DNA of 60,900 bases, counting the filler, from Sphacelaria rigidula (taxonomy: Eukaryota): the NCBI GenBank assembly GCA_964200075.2. It is 10 parts of 10 records of this genome, joined end to end, with 100 filler letters (N's around TTAATTAATTAA, not from the genome) between each part and the next. Parts side by side here need not be neighbours in the genome. Positions count along the whole stretch, not along the records: positions 30,501 to 36,500 come from CAXNAA020022903.1; positions 36,601 to 42,600 come from CAXNAA020022904.1; positions 42,701 to 48,700 come from CAXNAA020022905.1; 7 more parts are not named here. One strand, given 5' to 3'. Position numbers and translations under genes: made by a program. This document shows positions 35,808-48,800 of the stretch, piece by piece; positions within the stretch are counted from its first letter, which is position 1; every line of letters starts with the position of its first letter. The notes below the pieces were generated by a model, which saw only the letters and a program-made list of their open reading frames with translations, did no database searches and was not told where the DNA came from.

Positions 35808-36194
35808 TTAACATGAGGGTCGTAAGAACCCATCTTCGCCGGAAGGTGATGCCAACGAGATATTTCCAGAGGTTCCAGAGGCACGGCGCAGTTGAACATA
35901 AAAGCCGAAATCTGTGATGGAAAGAAAAATTAAAAGTAAACACTGGAAAAAAGACACAGGACCGGGCTACGTGATGTGTATTTTTTGCTCTTGTGTTTTT
36001 GTCATTGCTTTTGCTCGTGGTGACTTCGTCCTTCGTTCGGTTGCGAGCAGGAGGCAGTTCAGGCTAGAGACAAGGAGGCGGAGAAGAAGAAGGCCGATGG
36101 CCGTGATGGGTGGTGCCGTGTCTTACGCAAGGTAACGTGAAATATACTCCGGAGTAGCTTATATTAACCGTACGTAGTATACCACCCCTCCCCT

Positions 36195-36450
36195 GGCATA
36201 TGACATGAGGAAGTTTGGTATATCGGATGGCGGCGAGAAAACGATTGCTATATTAGGAGACAGATATTGGCCGCAGGCGGCGAAAAAAGGGTGGGATGAG
36301 ATATGTTCAAGTTTCTTGTGAAGGGAATGAACGTACGCAGTAGGAACCCAAATTTTTGAGGCTTCTGTTACGAGTGGGAACGGTGCTCCGTCTCGAGGGG
36401 GATGCGTGGTCAATGGTCAAATGACTAAGGCAAGCAACAAATAAGAACGC
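36195..36450 (+). mobile_element. 3' fragment of the LINE family
   Basis: gctatattaggagacagat..tggccgcaggcggcgaaa...ggaacggtgctccgtctcgagggggatgcgtggtcaatggtcaaatgactaa matches 60665-60852. Confidence 0.8.
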
Positions 36451-38139
36451 CCACCCCCCCCCCCCGCCGCCCCCGCCCCCCGCCGGCCGCCCGGGCCGAG
36501 NNNNNNNNNNNNNNNNNNNNNNNNNNNNNNNNNNNNNNNNNNNNTTAATTAATTAANNNNNNNNNNNNNNNNNNNNNNNNNNNNNNNNNNNNNNNNNNNN
36601 CCGCGAGTGTTTTAATTTGTTTGGTGCATCTATGAACACATTTTTTTGTGGAATCGCCCCCCCCCCCCCCCCCCTATCGTAGCATGGCGCACAGGGTGTA
36701 CCCTTTTTGGTGCATTATTCCCCATGAATTTTCATCAAATCTTTCGTTATTTCATTACCCTCTCGACGTCGTTGCTGCGTCCACTTACTTTTTACTGCGT
36801 AGTTCTATCTTAGGGCTCTCGTGACTCATCACCGTGACTTTCCTCGCACGGTATATACGGGTGCGCACTTCTACCACAAATCCTCGACTGGATACATCAA
36901 CCTGTCGACCACGTGCAACAACGATACCAAACCAGAAACGAACAAAACGACCCCAACCGCAATGAACATGGCACGAACGGCAGCACGCTTGCCCCAGCGA
37001 AAGCGTAAAATCCAAAAATGCACTTTTCAACACTCTGAAAACAAAAATCCGACCGTAAACTAAAAACAACGTCACAGAAATAATACAGTAATAATACATA
37101 TACAGTATATATATATATATATATATCCGAGCGAGAAACTAAAACAACAAACATTACACGACGTCTTCTGCCGAACCCCCCGATCGATACGACGACTAAC
37201 TCTTTCTTGAAGCCCAAATACTGTACGTGGTAACACCACATGATTGAAAAAATATAGAACTGCACCGATAGTATTTTTTTCCATGGTTGTGGTGATTATT
37301 CCCAAATGCAGTCAATTTGATTGCTCCTTCATGCATTGTCGACGGCTTGCTGCAGTTTATATATATAAGCATTACATTGGTACAAAACATACTGCAAATA
37401 GGCATCACGCCTGGCTAGTGTAGTTGTGCATGTTGAACTCAGGTTCGTTCCATGGGCCATCATAAACGTTCCGTGCCGTTTTTTCTTGATATCGATTCAA
37501 GATACTAGAACCTTGTTTCACCATGAAAATCTAGTAGCCACGTACACCTCGTCATTGTGAACCCTTGCAGCACCTACGAGGGGGGGGGGGGGGGTCATCG
37601 CACAGAATACCGTATGGCGAGTCATCTCGTCCACGACAATATTTTGTGAAAATGACAGGCCATCGATCACTATTTGCACGGGACCATATGTACTGTTTAC
37701 ACACCCTGGACAACAGATCATAGTCAAAAAGTGTACCGCGTTCAGTATGGCATCTGTTGTCTGTTGCAATAGATGAAATAGTCGATGCTGTACGCAGCAC
37801 ACTCTTTGACCGTGTGATGTTCCGTCCAGGGTGTGACCATTTGTGCGACTACCAGATGGAACATCTCATCTCGAGTTTGGCAGTCTTTTTCCAGGTAAAC
37901 ATAATGCCGATTCAACAGACGGGCACACGCGTGCGTTCGAAGGCTGGGCGGTTGATTCATACAGTAGTGTTAGCATAAGCTGTATAAATTTGCAAATAGA
38001 GACCTGCGGCGGAAAACAAACCAAATCAGCCCCTCGGACGCCAGACATTTTCGGAACATTAACCTCCAAACGATCGCCAACGCCAATAAACCCGACATCG
38101 TAGCTAAGCAGCTTTTTTTCATGTGTCTACGAGCACCAC

Positions 38140-38400
38140 TTTTCACGACAACATACTACACGGCGACTTTGATGTGGGTAAACAAAATTCGACTCAATGG
38201 TCGACGGGGGAAAGGGACTGCTGAAGCCCTCTCGCGATGAAAAAAAAGCAAGGATCGCACACGGAAGGTGGAGAACTAAAAACATTAAAAAAAAAAAACC
38301 TTCTGTGTTGGCCTTCTTCCTATGTGACCCCGACTGGTGCGCCCACATATACCGGAAGGTGTAGATCGGCGTCCAGGATAAATGGGTCAACATACTACAC
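38140..38400 (+). mobile_element. 5'-truncated copy of the tRNA-derived SINE, opposite orientation
   Basis: caaaattcgactcaatggtcgacg...gtgaccccgactggtgcgcccacatataccg...ggcgtccaggataaatggg is the reverse complement of the SINE body. Confidence 0.78.
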
Positions 38401-39770
38401 AGAATATTCCGCGACCCCCCGCCTCGCATGTATGAAAACTCATCCAACCAAGACGAAAGTCTCTTGCGCATCATCAGTGGTTTACCAACCATCCGTCTGA
38501 CGAGGTGTCGACGCTCAAGAAGTGGAAAATGACCTACCGAACCAGGTACGCGGGAAGCAAGAAATCTGCTTGCATGAAGACGGGGGAGTGTCAACTGAAG
38601 TTCCCAAATAATGCACACGCGAAACCCTGACTTGATTTTATGGCCTCTAGCCCTGCACCCCGCATTCGCATCCTACAGGTTGAAACACGGCAGCTGGAGA
38701 AAAAATACTTCGGGGGGGGGAGGGGATCTTTCCGGTGAAGACCACCCGTTGGCATTCATTATCCAAGCCACTGAAATATGAATCAACCGCCATAACGGCA
38801 GAATACGGTGTTTTTACTCACTACGAACTACGGGGGATCAACATCAGAGATCTTATCAAGAGCGTACGATGCGTGCGCTTCTCTCACGACCTACAATCGT
38901 CAGAGGTTCTGCACCCCCTAGTGTCCTGGGTCCAGGGTATTTGCAGTACAGGGTACCTGGGGTATTCGCCGTCGGAAATAATCAGTTCTTTGAAATGCTT
39001 GGTGTATATCCACTGGCGAAAAAAATACGACAATCTTCCAGAACTCCTTGACTCGTGAGATGCTGCGACAAACTCTACCTACCCTTCCGTGCTACTTTTG
39101 CAATTTACATAATTATGAGATTCACCGTGCAGCATGTCCCATGAGCAACACGAAAAAATGCCAAAGGACGGCGTGCTAGAGGTCGACTTTCACCAGTCTA
39201 TGAACACCATTCGGAAAGAGTCCACCACGCGGCACTCATATTGTGAGCAACACAGCAAATGCCCAAACATGGCGCGGTAGAGGTTTGAAAATTAGAACAG
39301 AGATAAGGGGAAGGGGGGGGGAGCATCCGATATAATACCGTCGCGTTCACCGTTCTCAAGGCGCTGACGCGTTTCTAATCGTGTATCGCGGAGGTGATGT
39401 TTGGCACTCGCATGAAGGAAAAACATGTTTCCGTTATTCAAGATCGTACACGTACTGCCGTCCCCTCCCCACCTTGCGCGCGCGCGCTTTCTCGTACGTC
39501 TCTCCCTTCCTGAGGTTGAAACAAGCGACTTCGAAAATGCCTCAAAAAAAAAAAGATGAACAAACACAAAAGAGACTTTCCCCCAAAACAACAAGCAAAA
39601 GAGACAAAATGCACCACAGCGCAGAAAAGAGTGACAGAAAAAGAGTCCCATGGCAATTGTTTATACTTACTCTTTTCCCGATATATTTGCCATTATTTAC
39701 GACATGTTTCATCTTGTTTTTGTGAAACAAGAAATATCTCGTCATTCTTTGTATTTCTGTTCCATTAAAA

Positions 39771-39899
39771 TCAGGATATTTTCTGGCGCTTGGGGGACGA
39801 ACTGCCGTCTGCTGCATCTGCGAGATCGTCCGCAAAGTCAACATCTTCATCATCGTTGTCAGGCTCCAACGACCCGTCCGACCAATTATCGTCCGTTAT
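39771..39899 (-). CDS. Probable terminal exon of an unidentified gene (acidic tail with NLS-like PKRQKI)
   Basis: Acceptor tttcccgccgcag| then ITDDNWSDGSLEPDNDDEDVDFADDLADAADGSSSPKRQKIS* (TGA). Composition is protein-like but the family is not recognised. Confidence 0.5.
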   Translation of the reverse strand: MTDDNWSDGSLEPDNDDEDVDFADDLADAADGSSSPKRQKIS

Positions 39900-40039
39900 C
39901 TGCGGCGGGAAACATATTTCAAGAATACCGAAGACACAAGGGGCGGCGGCGGCAGAGTGGTCACATTCGTAGTATCTCACCACGCATGATGTATCGTAGT
40001 TTCTAGTATCCTTTTCAACACGGCACCGTGTGCACAGTA

Positions 40040-42505
40040 CCGCAAAAGTCCACTTTGCAGATCGCACCTTAGTGGGGGTAAGCGCGCGGCGCGGGGGGGA
40101 GGGCGCCCTCATTTGTTGCTTGCCTTAGTCGTTTGACAGTTGACCGCGCATCCCTTTCAAGACGGAGCACCGTTCCTACTCCTGATAGAGACACCTCCAA
40201 CATTCCGGCGCTCATCACGTTTCTTCCGTAACTCATTATGTTTCACCCATACATTGCACCGAAAGCTTTTACATATCTCATCCCCGTCCTGTTTCGCCGT
40301 CTCTGGCCACCATCTATCTCCTAGTATAGCCATCGTTTCCTCCCTACTGTCTAATGCATCAAACGGTTCCATGCCACCTTCGTTCACGTCCCGCATTTCC
40401 CCGTTTGACCATTCATCACGCATCCCTTTCGAGATGGAGCACCGTTCCTCCTCCTAATAGAGACGTCCAATTTAGGTGCTCATTAAGCTCCTTCCATGCT
40501 CTACACAGAAATCTTTAACCCTGTCCTGTTTCACCGTCTGTGGCCACCACATTTCTCCTAGTATAGCCATCGTTTTCTCGCTACGGCCTGATGCATCAAA
40601 GGATTTCATACCACCTTCGGCCACGTCCCGCATTTCCACCTCCAGCATGTCTCGTTCCTCCTTGTATAATTCACATTCTGTCACTATATGAGTTCTGCTC
40701 TCTATTGCTTCGCCACAGGGGCAATTCTATGCATCTCCTTTCTCCTTGTCATGACTAGTCTACTGGTATATCTCTTTTTTCTTTCTGGCAGTTCCAGGTC
40801 CCACCCGAAGTCACAGTTTCAATTTTTTCGCCGCGTCCATTGGGCCATGCAAATGTGAGCCCCACCCCCTCTCGCAACCGCACGTACATCTTCAGGTGTT
40901 CTTCCTGGTGTACTTTTTGCGTCTGAGCCCTTCTCTTCCCCAATTTCCACCATGTTCCTTACTTTTGTCTTGTACCCCGCTTCTTCACCAACTTCACGTT
41001 CCCCTCCCATCCTTCGCCTGCATATCCCAGCTTCGGTACAATCATGTTCATCACGATACACCTCTCACCCCTAGTATCCAGATGTGAGTCTCTGAGGATC
41101 ACGTCCATCCTGCCTATCTATGCCTTACCCTACTTCATCACTTTGTATATGTGTGCATGCCAAGATCAGTTGTTGAGATCTCTACGCCAAGGAGTGTGTA
41201 CTGGTCTACGATCGGCAATTTCTCCTCTCCCCACTTCCATTTGAACTCTGCCTGATTTTTTTTATCTTCGTTACAAAAGAGTAACGCGCATGTCCTAATG
41301 TTCGCTGTCACTCTCCATTTCCTAGTGTTTTCTATTCTTCTGGTGTTCCTGAGATCCTCACAAAATCATCCGCGAACATCAATGCTGATACAACATCTTG
41401 ACTCACCTTGATCCCTTGCTTTGCTGTTTCTATTGTGATGATCAGGTCATTAACAATTACCTTGAACGAAGTGGGTGATGACTTACATCCTTGTGCAACT
41501 CCTTGTAAAATATCAAAGTATTTCGATATTCCCCCGTCTAGCATCAACAGCACTTCTGGCACATTCGTCATCTTCTTCACCATTTTCTACATCTTGTCTC
41601 CGATTCCAGTTTCCAACAACTTTTTCCACAACCCATTTCTCCATACTGTGTCATGAGCCTTTCGTACGCCCAGAGAAAAACAATGCGTTGTCAGCACGGC
41701 GTCTTTCCTACCCTGAAAAATCTTACCCAGTGTGTACACATGGTCTGCGCAACTACGGTTTGATCATATGTGTGCACTGCTCTGTTGCATATGATCAGTT
41801 TATTCCCCATGATTTTACTCGCTGTGTTCTTGACCAACTGTTTCCATCCTTCGATAATCTTCGCTCCCGCCCGATCCCTTTTCATTTCGGTATCAACAGT
41901 TCCTACGCGTTTCAACAGCTCGGGAAATTTCACTGCGTTCTTGGCCATCTCTTCTTGGAACTCTTGCCGTTTTTCTTCCGTATCTAGTTTATCGATTCTC
42001 CACCTGAACAACTACCTACTCCTCCTATTTCTTTAACCTCTCGTCTTTTGGCCATCTGTCCAAATTCGGCAACGATGTGTAGTTCCCACGTCCTCCGCGC
42101 ATACCTGTACTTCCTTTTCCTTACTAGTTCCATGCGCCACCACCATACAGTCAAGAACGGAGTGTTTTCTCTTGTCTTAGCATTTCCTAGTCCATGCCCA
42201 TTGCGCCTCTGGCTTTTGTGCTCCATCGTTCAGCGTCTTCATCTCGTCATGCTCATGGAACTTCAGCATTTCTACCCAATTCGTGTTCTTCTTATCTTCC
42301 CGGTATTGCCGAATAATATCATCCGGTTGACCTGCTTTTCCTACCCTTGCATCAATATCCTAGGATTCATGAGTAACGCGAAAGTCTACCTTGCAGATCG
42401 CACCCTATTGGGGGTAAGTGCGCGGCGGAGGGGGGGGGAGGTACTCATTCGTTGCTTGCCTTAGTCGTTTGACCATCGACAACGCATCCCTTTCGAGATG
42501 GAACG
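40040..42505 (-). mobile_element. Tandem degenerate LINE copies: 3' fragment 40040-40400, internally deleted copy about 40400-42357, another 3' end 42378-42505
   Basis: QGVAQGCKSSPTSFKV, ALMFADDFV, WRIDKLDTEEKRQEFQEEM, MAILGDRWWP. The same 3' UTR (ttgcagatcgcacc..gggggtaag) occurs at 40054 and 42391. Confidence 0.9.
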
Positions 42506-42753
42506 CGGCGGTGGGGTTGGGGGGGGGGGTACTCATGATTATGCCTGCCATAGTCATCAGACCATTGACCTCGCATCTCTACAAAGCCGGGACGGAGCAC
42601 NNNNNNNNNNNNNNNNNNNNNNNNNNNNNNNNNNNNNNNNNNNNTTAATTAATTAANNNNNNNNNNNNNNNNNNNNNNNNNNNNNNNNNNNNNNNNNNNN
42701 CCCCCCCCCCCCGCACTAAACCGGCCTCCTTGTTTTTTTTTTAGTGTTTTTTT

Positions 42754-42797
<44 letters not shown>

Positions 42798-43722
42798 AAG
42801 ATGTCGCGGCACCGCACTGGTATATATGAACATACAAGGGCGAATAGAGGTGGGCATAGACCTGCGATCTCCTGCTGTTGTGTCTGGAACTCAATCGCGA
42901 TCGATCGCACTCAAATAGCACACGTCCAAAAAAGTGGAGTATAACGGTTCTCGCTTACGCTTGAGTAAGCATGTAAACGCTGGAAGAATCTCGGGACATA
43001 GTCCCACCGTCTCATCCAAGCAAATGTCGCCGCTACCGTACTGAACGCTTGACCCATTACACATACTTCGGCCCTCAATCCTAACCGACGAAGACCGACG
43101 ACTCTCAGCTGTTGTGACAATCTGCCACGCGTAAAATGCCATGCAGACCTGGGTATATCACTGTGATGTCGTACTCCAGCGCCAGTCCGGCTTGGAAAAA
43201 GTCCAGAAAAACCGTAAGACCGAAACACGCCAGACGTGTTGGTGCGTCAACCCCAGCGTAACGTCTGTTGCGCACAGGAGTGAGCGCAAAACGCTGCCCT
43301 CATTTCCCGACAGGCTACCCTTATCCCACACGCCAAAATCTGACAGGTGCAGCCCCCAATTCAACCTCGATACAAGGCACAAGGGCGAGGTCCTTGCCGA
43401 TTGGGCCAAGAGGGGCGTTGGCACTCTCCAGGCAGGCGGCGCTCGATTGTCAGGCGCGGCGGTCTTAGCTCAACACTCGGGGTCTCTCTATCCGCAGGCG
43501 CCAACAACAGACAGACCTCGCAACGAACCACCAGGTTTTGCTCCATATCTTGGACACGCTGCACCGCGAAACAAGCACCAACGCCTTTAATTTCCCGCCC
43601 ACACGTGCGCTTCGTGTTACACGAAGCATCAAGCACACCAAACGGGAGCCAGCACACAGAAACAGAAGAAAGCATCACGAGCAGCAGCATCAGCAACACA
43701 GCCAAGCCTTTTCGCTTGAGCC

Positions 43723-46700
43723 ATGTCTCGCAGTGCTTTAGAAAGACAAGCCACCCGCGCGGCGCGTTCGGGTACGCTGCCGACACCAACCTCTGCGCCC
43801 GCAGGGTTTCTGTCAGAGGTTGACGAGCTCACCGAGGAACAGCAGCGGGAGCTCGAGGAAGCGAGAAATGTGTTGACGATACACGGCAACGACCGGACAT
43901 TCAATCTCAACACCCTGTTGGCGCAAACGATACTGGCGAGCGAGTACTTCAAGGGTCTCGCGGAGTTGACGAGCTACTTGGAGGTGCGCAGGAGTAGGAG
44001 AGTAGTAATGGTGTACTTTTTTGTAGTCTGCCGCGTAAGATGTACTGCCCCAACCGTTCTGAAAGACGCGTGAGCTCGATGTGCGTCTATTTTCCCCCTC
44101 ATTGCACCTGATACGAGTACGTGACGGGGTATAACACCCCCAAATAAGGCGCGCCCGGGATATGTTTCTTCGATTCGTCCGCATGGAAACGTACCGGTGA
44201 ACGGAGTATATCTGCAGGACAGAGTGTTGCACATTGATAATATCAATATTTAGCGGTACTGCACTACCTCCCTGTACAAGACACGCTGCCAGGGCTTGTT
44301 TGACATATGTCGCGCTTTATACTGTTGGTAGTGTGCTGTGCACTGTCTCCATTGTTGTACGAGTATTGACTTGCACTACGGTCAGCAGCACGGAAGTTCT
44401 GCGCTTTGAGTAGTACAAGAGCTGTGACGCGCATCAGAGCCCCGCATTATATTATTCCCTGCTAGGAGCTTCACCGTTCATGCATTTAAAAACAAGTGCG
44501 CATTGAGTCTGGGTTGAGAGGTGGTGACGTCTCTTGAGAGCAAGTGCACCAGAGACTGGGCCCGTATGGCGCGCGGGAGTCTTCGCCGCCCTCGACTCCC
44601 CGTGACCCGGTGCTTCCGAGCCTGTCGCTGCCGGCAAATCGCACACTTTTCTGAGGCACCACCTTGTACTGGTGCTTGCATTTTTTTTGCGACATCGTTA
44701 ACGTGGGATGAACACATTCTCACATATGACAACGGGCGCTCGAAGCATACCGTAGACAAGCTGACGACCAGCCATCGCGAGCCGATTTTGGTTACAACCT
44801 GTTTCATGTTTTGATCGGTCTCGTAAATATCTGAAATTTCGCGGTTGCTTCAAGTGTGTATCACTCTTAACCCTTTTGGAACTCTCACCCTCCTCCTGTC
44901 CCCTAGCCAAACGCCTTATTATGAGAAGCCCTGACGACGAGGAAAACATGGAACAGAATAGGCCGTCGGCAACCATTTTTAGAATGGAAGACCGAAGAAG
45001 AATGTCCTCCCTGTAGAATTTGGGTAAGGTTAATTCAATCATACCACGCAACGGATGAAGTGTGTCCAATTATATCCATCGACAATAATCAGCAAAACCA
45101 CTATGAAACATTCCATTTAAAAACAGCAATGGGCTCCAGGGTCCAACCTGGCATATTTGTATATTAGCATTTGTAGATGAGGGAAGCACCGCTTTGACGG
45201 GCTGCATCGGGTGGCGAGTTTGCCAAGCGACACCGTACACACAGCATAGTATGGCTGAACCCAGCAAGATCCCGTCACCACATGTGGAAGGCACAGAGGG
45301 TTGTGCGGGCGGTACATGGCGGGCGTAATCGCAGGCGTCCGAACAGGCGATATACATGTACACGGGAGGGAACCAACGGGCACCGCCTACCGTAATCAGG
45401 CCAGATGAAAACACCATCGTCAGTAAATAGTAGGTCACAGTATTGACTTGCGGCTACACTCCGTGCAAGATAAATATGGGCATGTCGTGAAAAGTCGGCC
45501 ACGAGAGTAGACGGCACGAGACGATAGCGGTAGCCGGCGTCATGAATCTCATGCAGCATGAAGTATGTCTGTGCAACGGTCGGGAACGATCAAGCCGCGG
45601 CATAGATGTGGTGGGGCAATTGTGCCTTTCGCTACGCCGTTGTGTAATAGTCAACCCGCAGTATGATACTGTCCGCACGTACTTGGCAGAGCGCAGTTCT
45701 GTGCATGCCTCGCGTTTTACAGAGATATTTTCAAAATATAATATAGACGTGACACGAAGCAGTAAGGCATCACCCCTGGGGCGACGGCACTTGGCAGCCT
45801 CTACACCACAGTGACAGTGCATAACTGCAGGACACATGGCGTCTGCGTCGCCTTTACGCACTTTTTCAAACGGCGGGATGGTGCTCTCGAACGTGAATGA
45901 GCGCGATGTTGTGCATGACGTGAGTCTGCAGTCGAGATTACCCCACAGTGCTGTAAACACACCCAGTACTGTACAGGGCAGTATCGCAGCACCCCCGGCT
46001 GCACGGAAGGGTGACTGCCTGGGATTGTATCATACCGCCAGTTCACAAATATAGCGAATGTGCCATTGGCGTTGCCCTTGTTGTTATGACACTGCAAAGA
46101 GTATAAACTGCAGCGGGCAGGGCGTGCAGGTCAGGCGGAAAGCATGTTTCACAGAGGCCTGCCGCGTACTGTGGCCGGGAAAGGAGCTCATGGGTGTAGA
46201 AAAAAACGCCGACGGGTCCTGGACCTCGCCGCAGCCAGAAAATAGGAAACCTTCTCTTGTTCCACTTGTCACTCGTACGGGTCTGAAAAATACGCGTTGG
46301 GCCAACAATGTCGCATCTAAGCTGTGAACCGTCGACCATATCTCACTCAAGAACCGTCAACTGCAAATGATCAATTTTCCATCGTGAGTTCCAAAAGGGT
46401 TAACCAACAAAGGGCAATCTTGCTAGACTTGTTTTTCCTCTTGTGGCGAGGGAGGTGTCTTGTTGTGCACGTAATATGCCATATATATATATATTCATTT
46501 GGCAAGTCGGGCAGCTACTAAATTACTCCACGCGTTGCCTCAACTAGTAACTGTTTGATAGGCCTGTATACACATACTAACACACCCTGTTTTTTTGCAT
46601 GCGCACAAATCGGCATATACCACCGCTCAGAGTATCTCTTTATTCTGCATTAATTACACGGCACGTGATCTGTTGTCGCCGAGTGCAAGCTGCAGATGCG

Positions 46701-48578
46701 TGGTGCAGCTCGGCTTCAAAGGCTTTCGTAACTCACGCTTCAAACAGTTATGCTTTGGTGTGTAAGTCCGTGGCCAGCCCTTTCTTCTCTTGGATAGTGC
46801 AGCTCCGGCCGGGGGGGAAGGGCGTCTGGAGCGCTCGCCAGGTCAAGTGTTTGACGGTCCCGTCTGCCAACTCGTTCGGGACTCGGTATACTCGCTCTCC
46901 ACGCCCAGAGATCAAGAGCGACGCCGATACACGGTTTTATGCGGCGAGGGTCACGGGTACAAGGCGAGCAGCTCTCCGCCCACTACACGGCGTACTGTGT
47001 GTTTTAAGGGCAAATGGGGTATGACCCGCTTCAGCGGTGGTTGGCACTGATTTACCACATCATGAGCGAAGTGCCACAAAATTTAGCTTGGCGCACAGGC
47101 CGAGGGATGTACTGATGGATGCGATACGGTAGCAGGTCATCCTTAATCGTTCTGTGGCTTATTGCAAAACAAAAATATTCGAGAGCTCTGGGGCTTGCAC
47201 ATTTTCGGACATTTGGTTAGACATCCGCTTCTCTACTTGTCGTGATCTGGTAGATTCACCCTTTCGCTGCTCTCCCCCGTACTGTCGAGTGAGCCCGCAT
47301 GGCATCCGATGCTTTCGGTGTAAACGCGACCGGAAGGTACGGAAGCAACCGCGGCACCCACTTCCACTTCTAGGACAAACCGTCCCGGCTGCTGTTTTGC
47401 TTTTTACTAGACTTTTGGTTGTCCTCGGACGTTGGGTCGACATTATGAGCATAAAGCATATATTTCCCCCGAAATAGTGCTCGCCCATACCAATTCAGCG
47501 TTCCCGATATTTTCGTATTTTCCAGCCCTTTATTCCAAAGAATGCTAATCCCCCAACATGTAGGCCAGCTTCCTGTGAAAAAAGTGTTCAAGGTTCCGCG
47601 CTCTCCCGCGCCTGTCCCCACTCTTTCTCCTCCTCGCGGTTTTGCGTCGTGTGCTCCTGCTCATGACTCCTGTGTGTACTGCTACTGTATCTTTCAGGTT
47701 GTAGACGAGATCTACTCGTATTGCGATCACGTGGCCCCGTGGGCGCCGGGCACAAGCCGTGTCCCCTCCTCCGCGTTCTGCCTCTTGATGAAGCTCTTCA
47801 CGCTCAAGCTCACGCGACCGCAAATGAACGAGATTCTGGTCCACGAGGTGTGTGGTAAGCCCCTCCCCCCCGCCCAAATGATGAGACTAGAAACACCGTT
47901 CACACTCCGACGTTCTAATTGTTGATGAGCATAGGTTATGCGAACTGTGTACGAGGATGTCCCGTGCGCTTCGCGTGTTTTCTGTGTGAAGTGTATATGT
48001 CACTTGTGATTCACTCTCCCTTCAGAACGAAATCGTAGTCTCTGGGGATTAATCCCTCTCTTCCCTGGTACATACCTTATATTATGGTGTGTATACCCCT
48101 GAAGGATATGGCTAGCGCAGATGGTTGTTGAGCGCCTTTTAATCCAACCCCGCCCCCCCCCCCCCCCCCCCCCCACCCCCCCCCCCCACCCATCCCCACA
48201 AACCNNNNNNNNNNCTCTTCTTTTTTGGTGTTCTGCCCGCGCATGAATCGGGGGCCCCAAGGGGGTGGGTGAACCCTTTATTTCTCCCCCCCCCCCCCCC
48301 CCCTCATTCCATCACCATCGTAACCTTTCGTGCACCGTGTTACCACCGCACCAACAACCATTCAGGCTACCAAGTCATGTTCAAGCTCGTTGTTAAGCGC
48401 AGTCATGAAAGTTCTCGCGTGTCCATCGTGTCCGCCTGGTCATATCGTCGCATCCTATGATTTTCGATTCTCTCGGGTTTTCCCCCTGGTTTATTATCCG
48501 CCCGTTTTATTCTCCCAGGATTCGCCGTTCATCCGAGCGATTGGGTTCCTGTATCTGCGCTACACTTGTCCGCCCAAG
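43723..48578 (+). CDS. PRPF38B: Pre-mRNA splicing factor PRP38B-like, first three exons
   Basis: Exons 43723-43983 (ATG in ccATGt), 47698-47847, 48519-48578, all phase 0. Peptide HGNDRTFNLNTLLAQTILASEYFK..YLEVVDEIY..HVAPW..SSAFCLLMKLFTLKLTRPQM..DSPFIRAIGFLYLRYTCPP matches the PRP38 domain of the 38B type. Confidence 0.95.
44871..46399. mobile_element. 1,529-bp non-autonomous piggyBac-like element in PRP38B intron 1
   Basis: TTAA (44867-44870) | CCCTTTTGGAACTC ... GAGTTCCAAAAGGG | TTAA (46400-46403): perfect 14-bp TIRs and a TTAA duplication. No intact transposase ORF. Confidence 0.88.
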
Positions 48579-48800
48579 GTGATTGTAAGAAGAAAAGGAG
48601 AAGAATCCCTTTGCGAGCCCCCCCCACCCCCCCCCCCAAAAAAAAAAAAGAAAAAAAGAAAAAAAAGAGGTCGAATACACCAATGGGACCGGGGCAGACA
48701 NNNNNNNNNNNNNNNNNNNNNNNNNNNNNNNNNNNNNNNNNNNNTTAATTAATTAANNNNNNNNNNNNNNNNNNNNNNNNNNNNNNNNNNNNNNNNNNNN

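Noticed and set aside
38735..39058. 107-aa protein-like ORF
   Set aside because: No family motif and no convincing splice structure; it cannot be told from chance or TE debris without a search.
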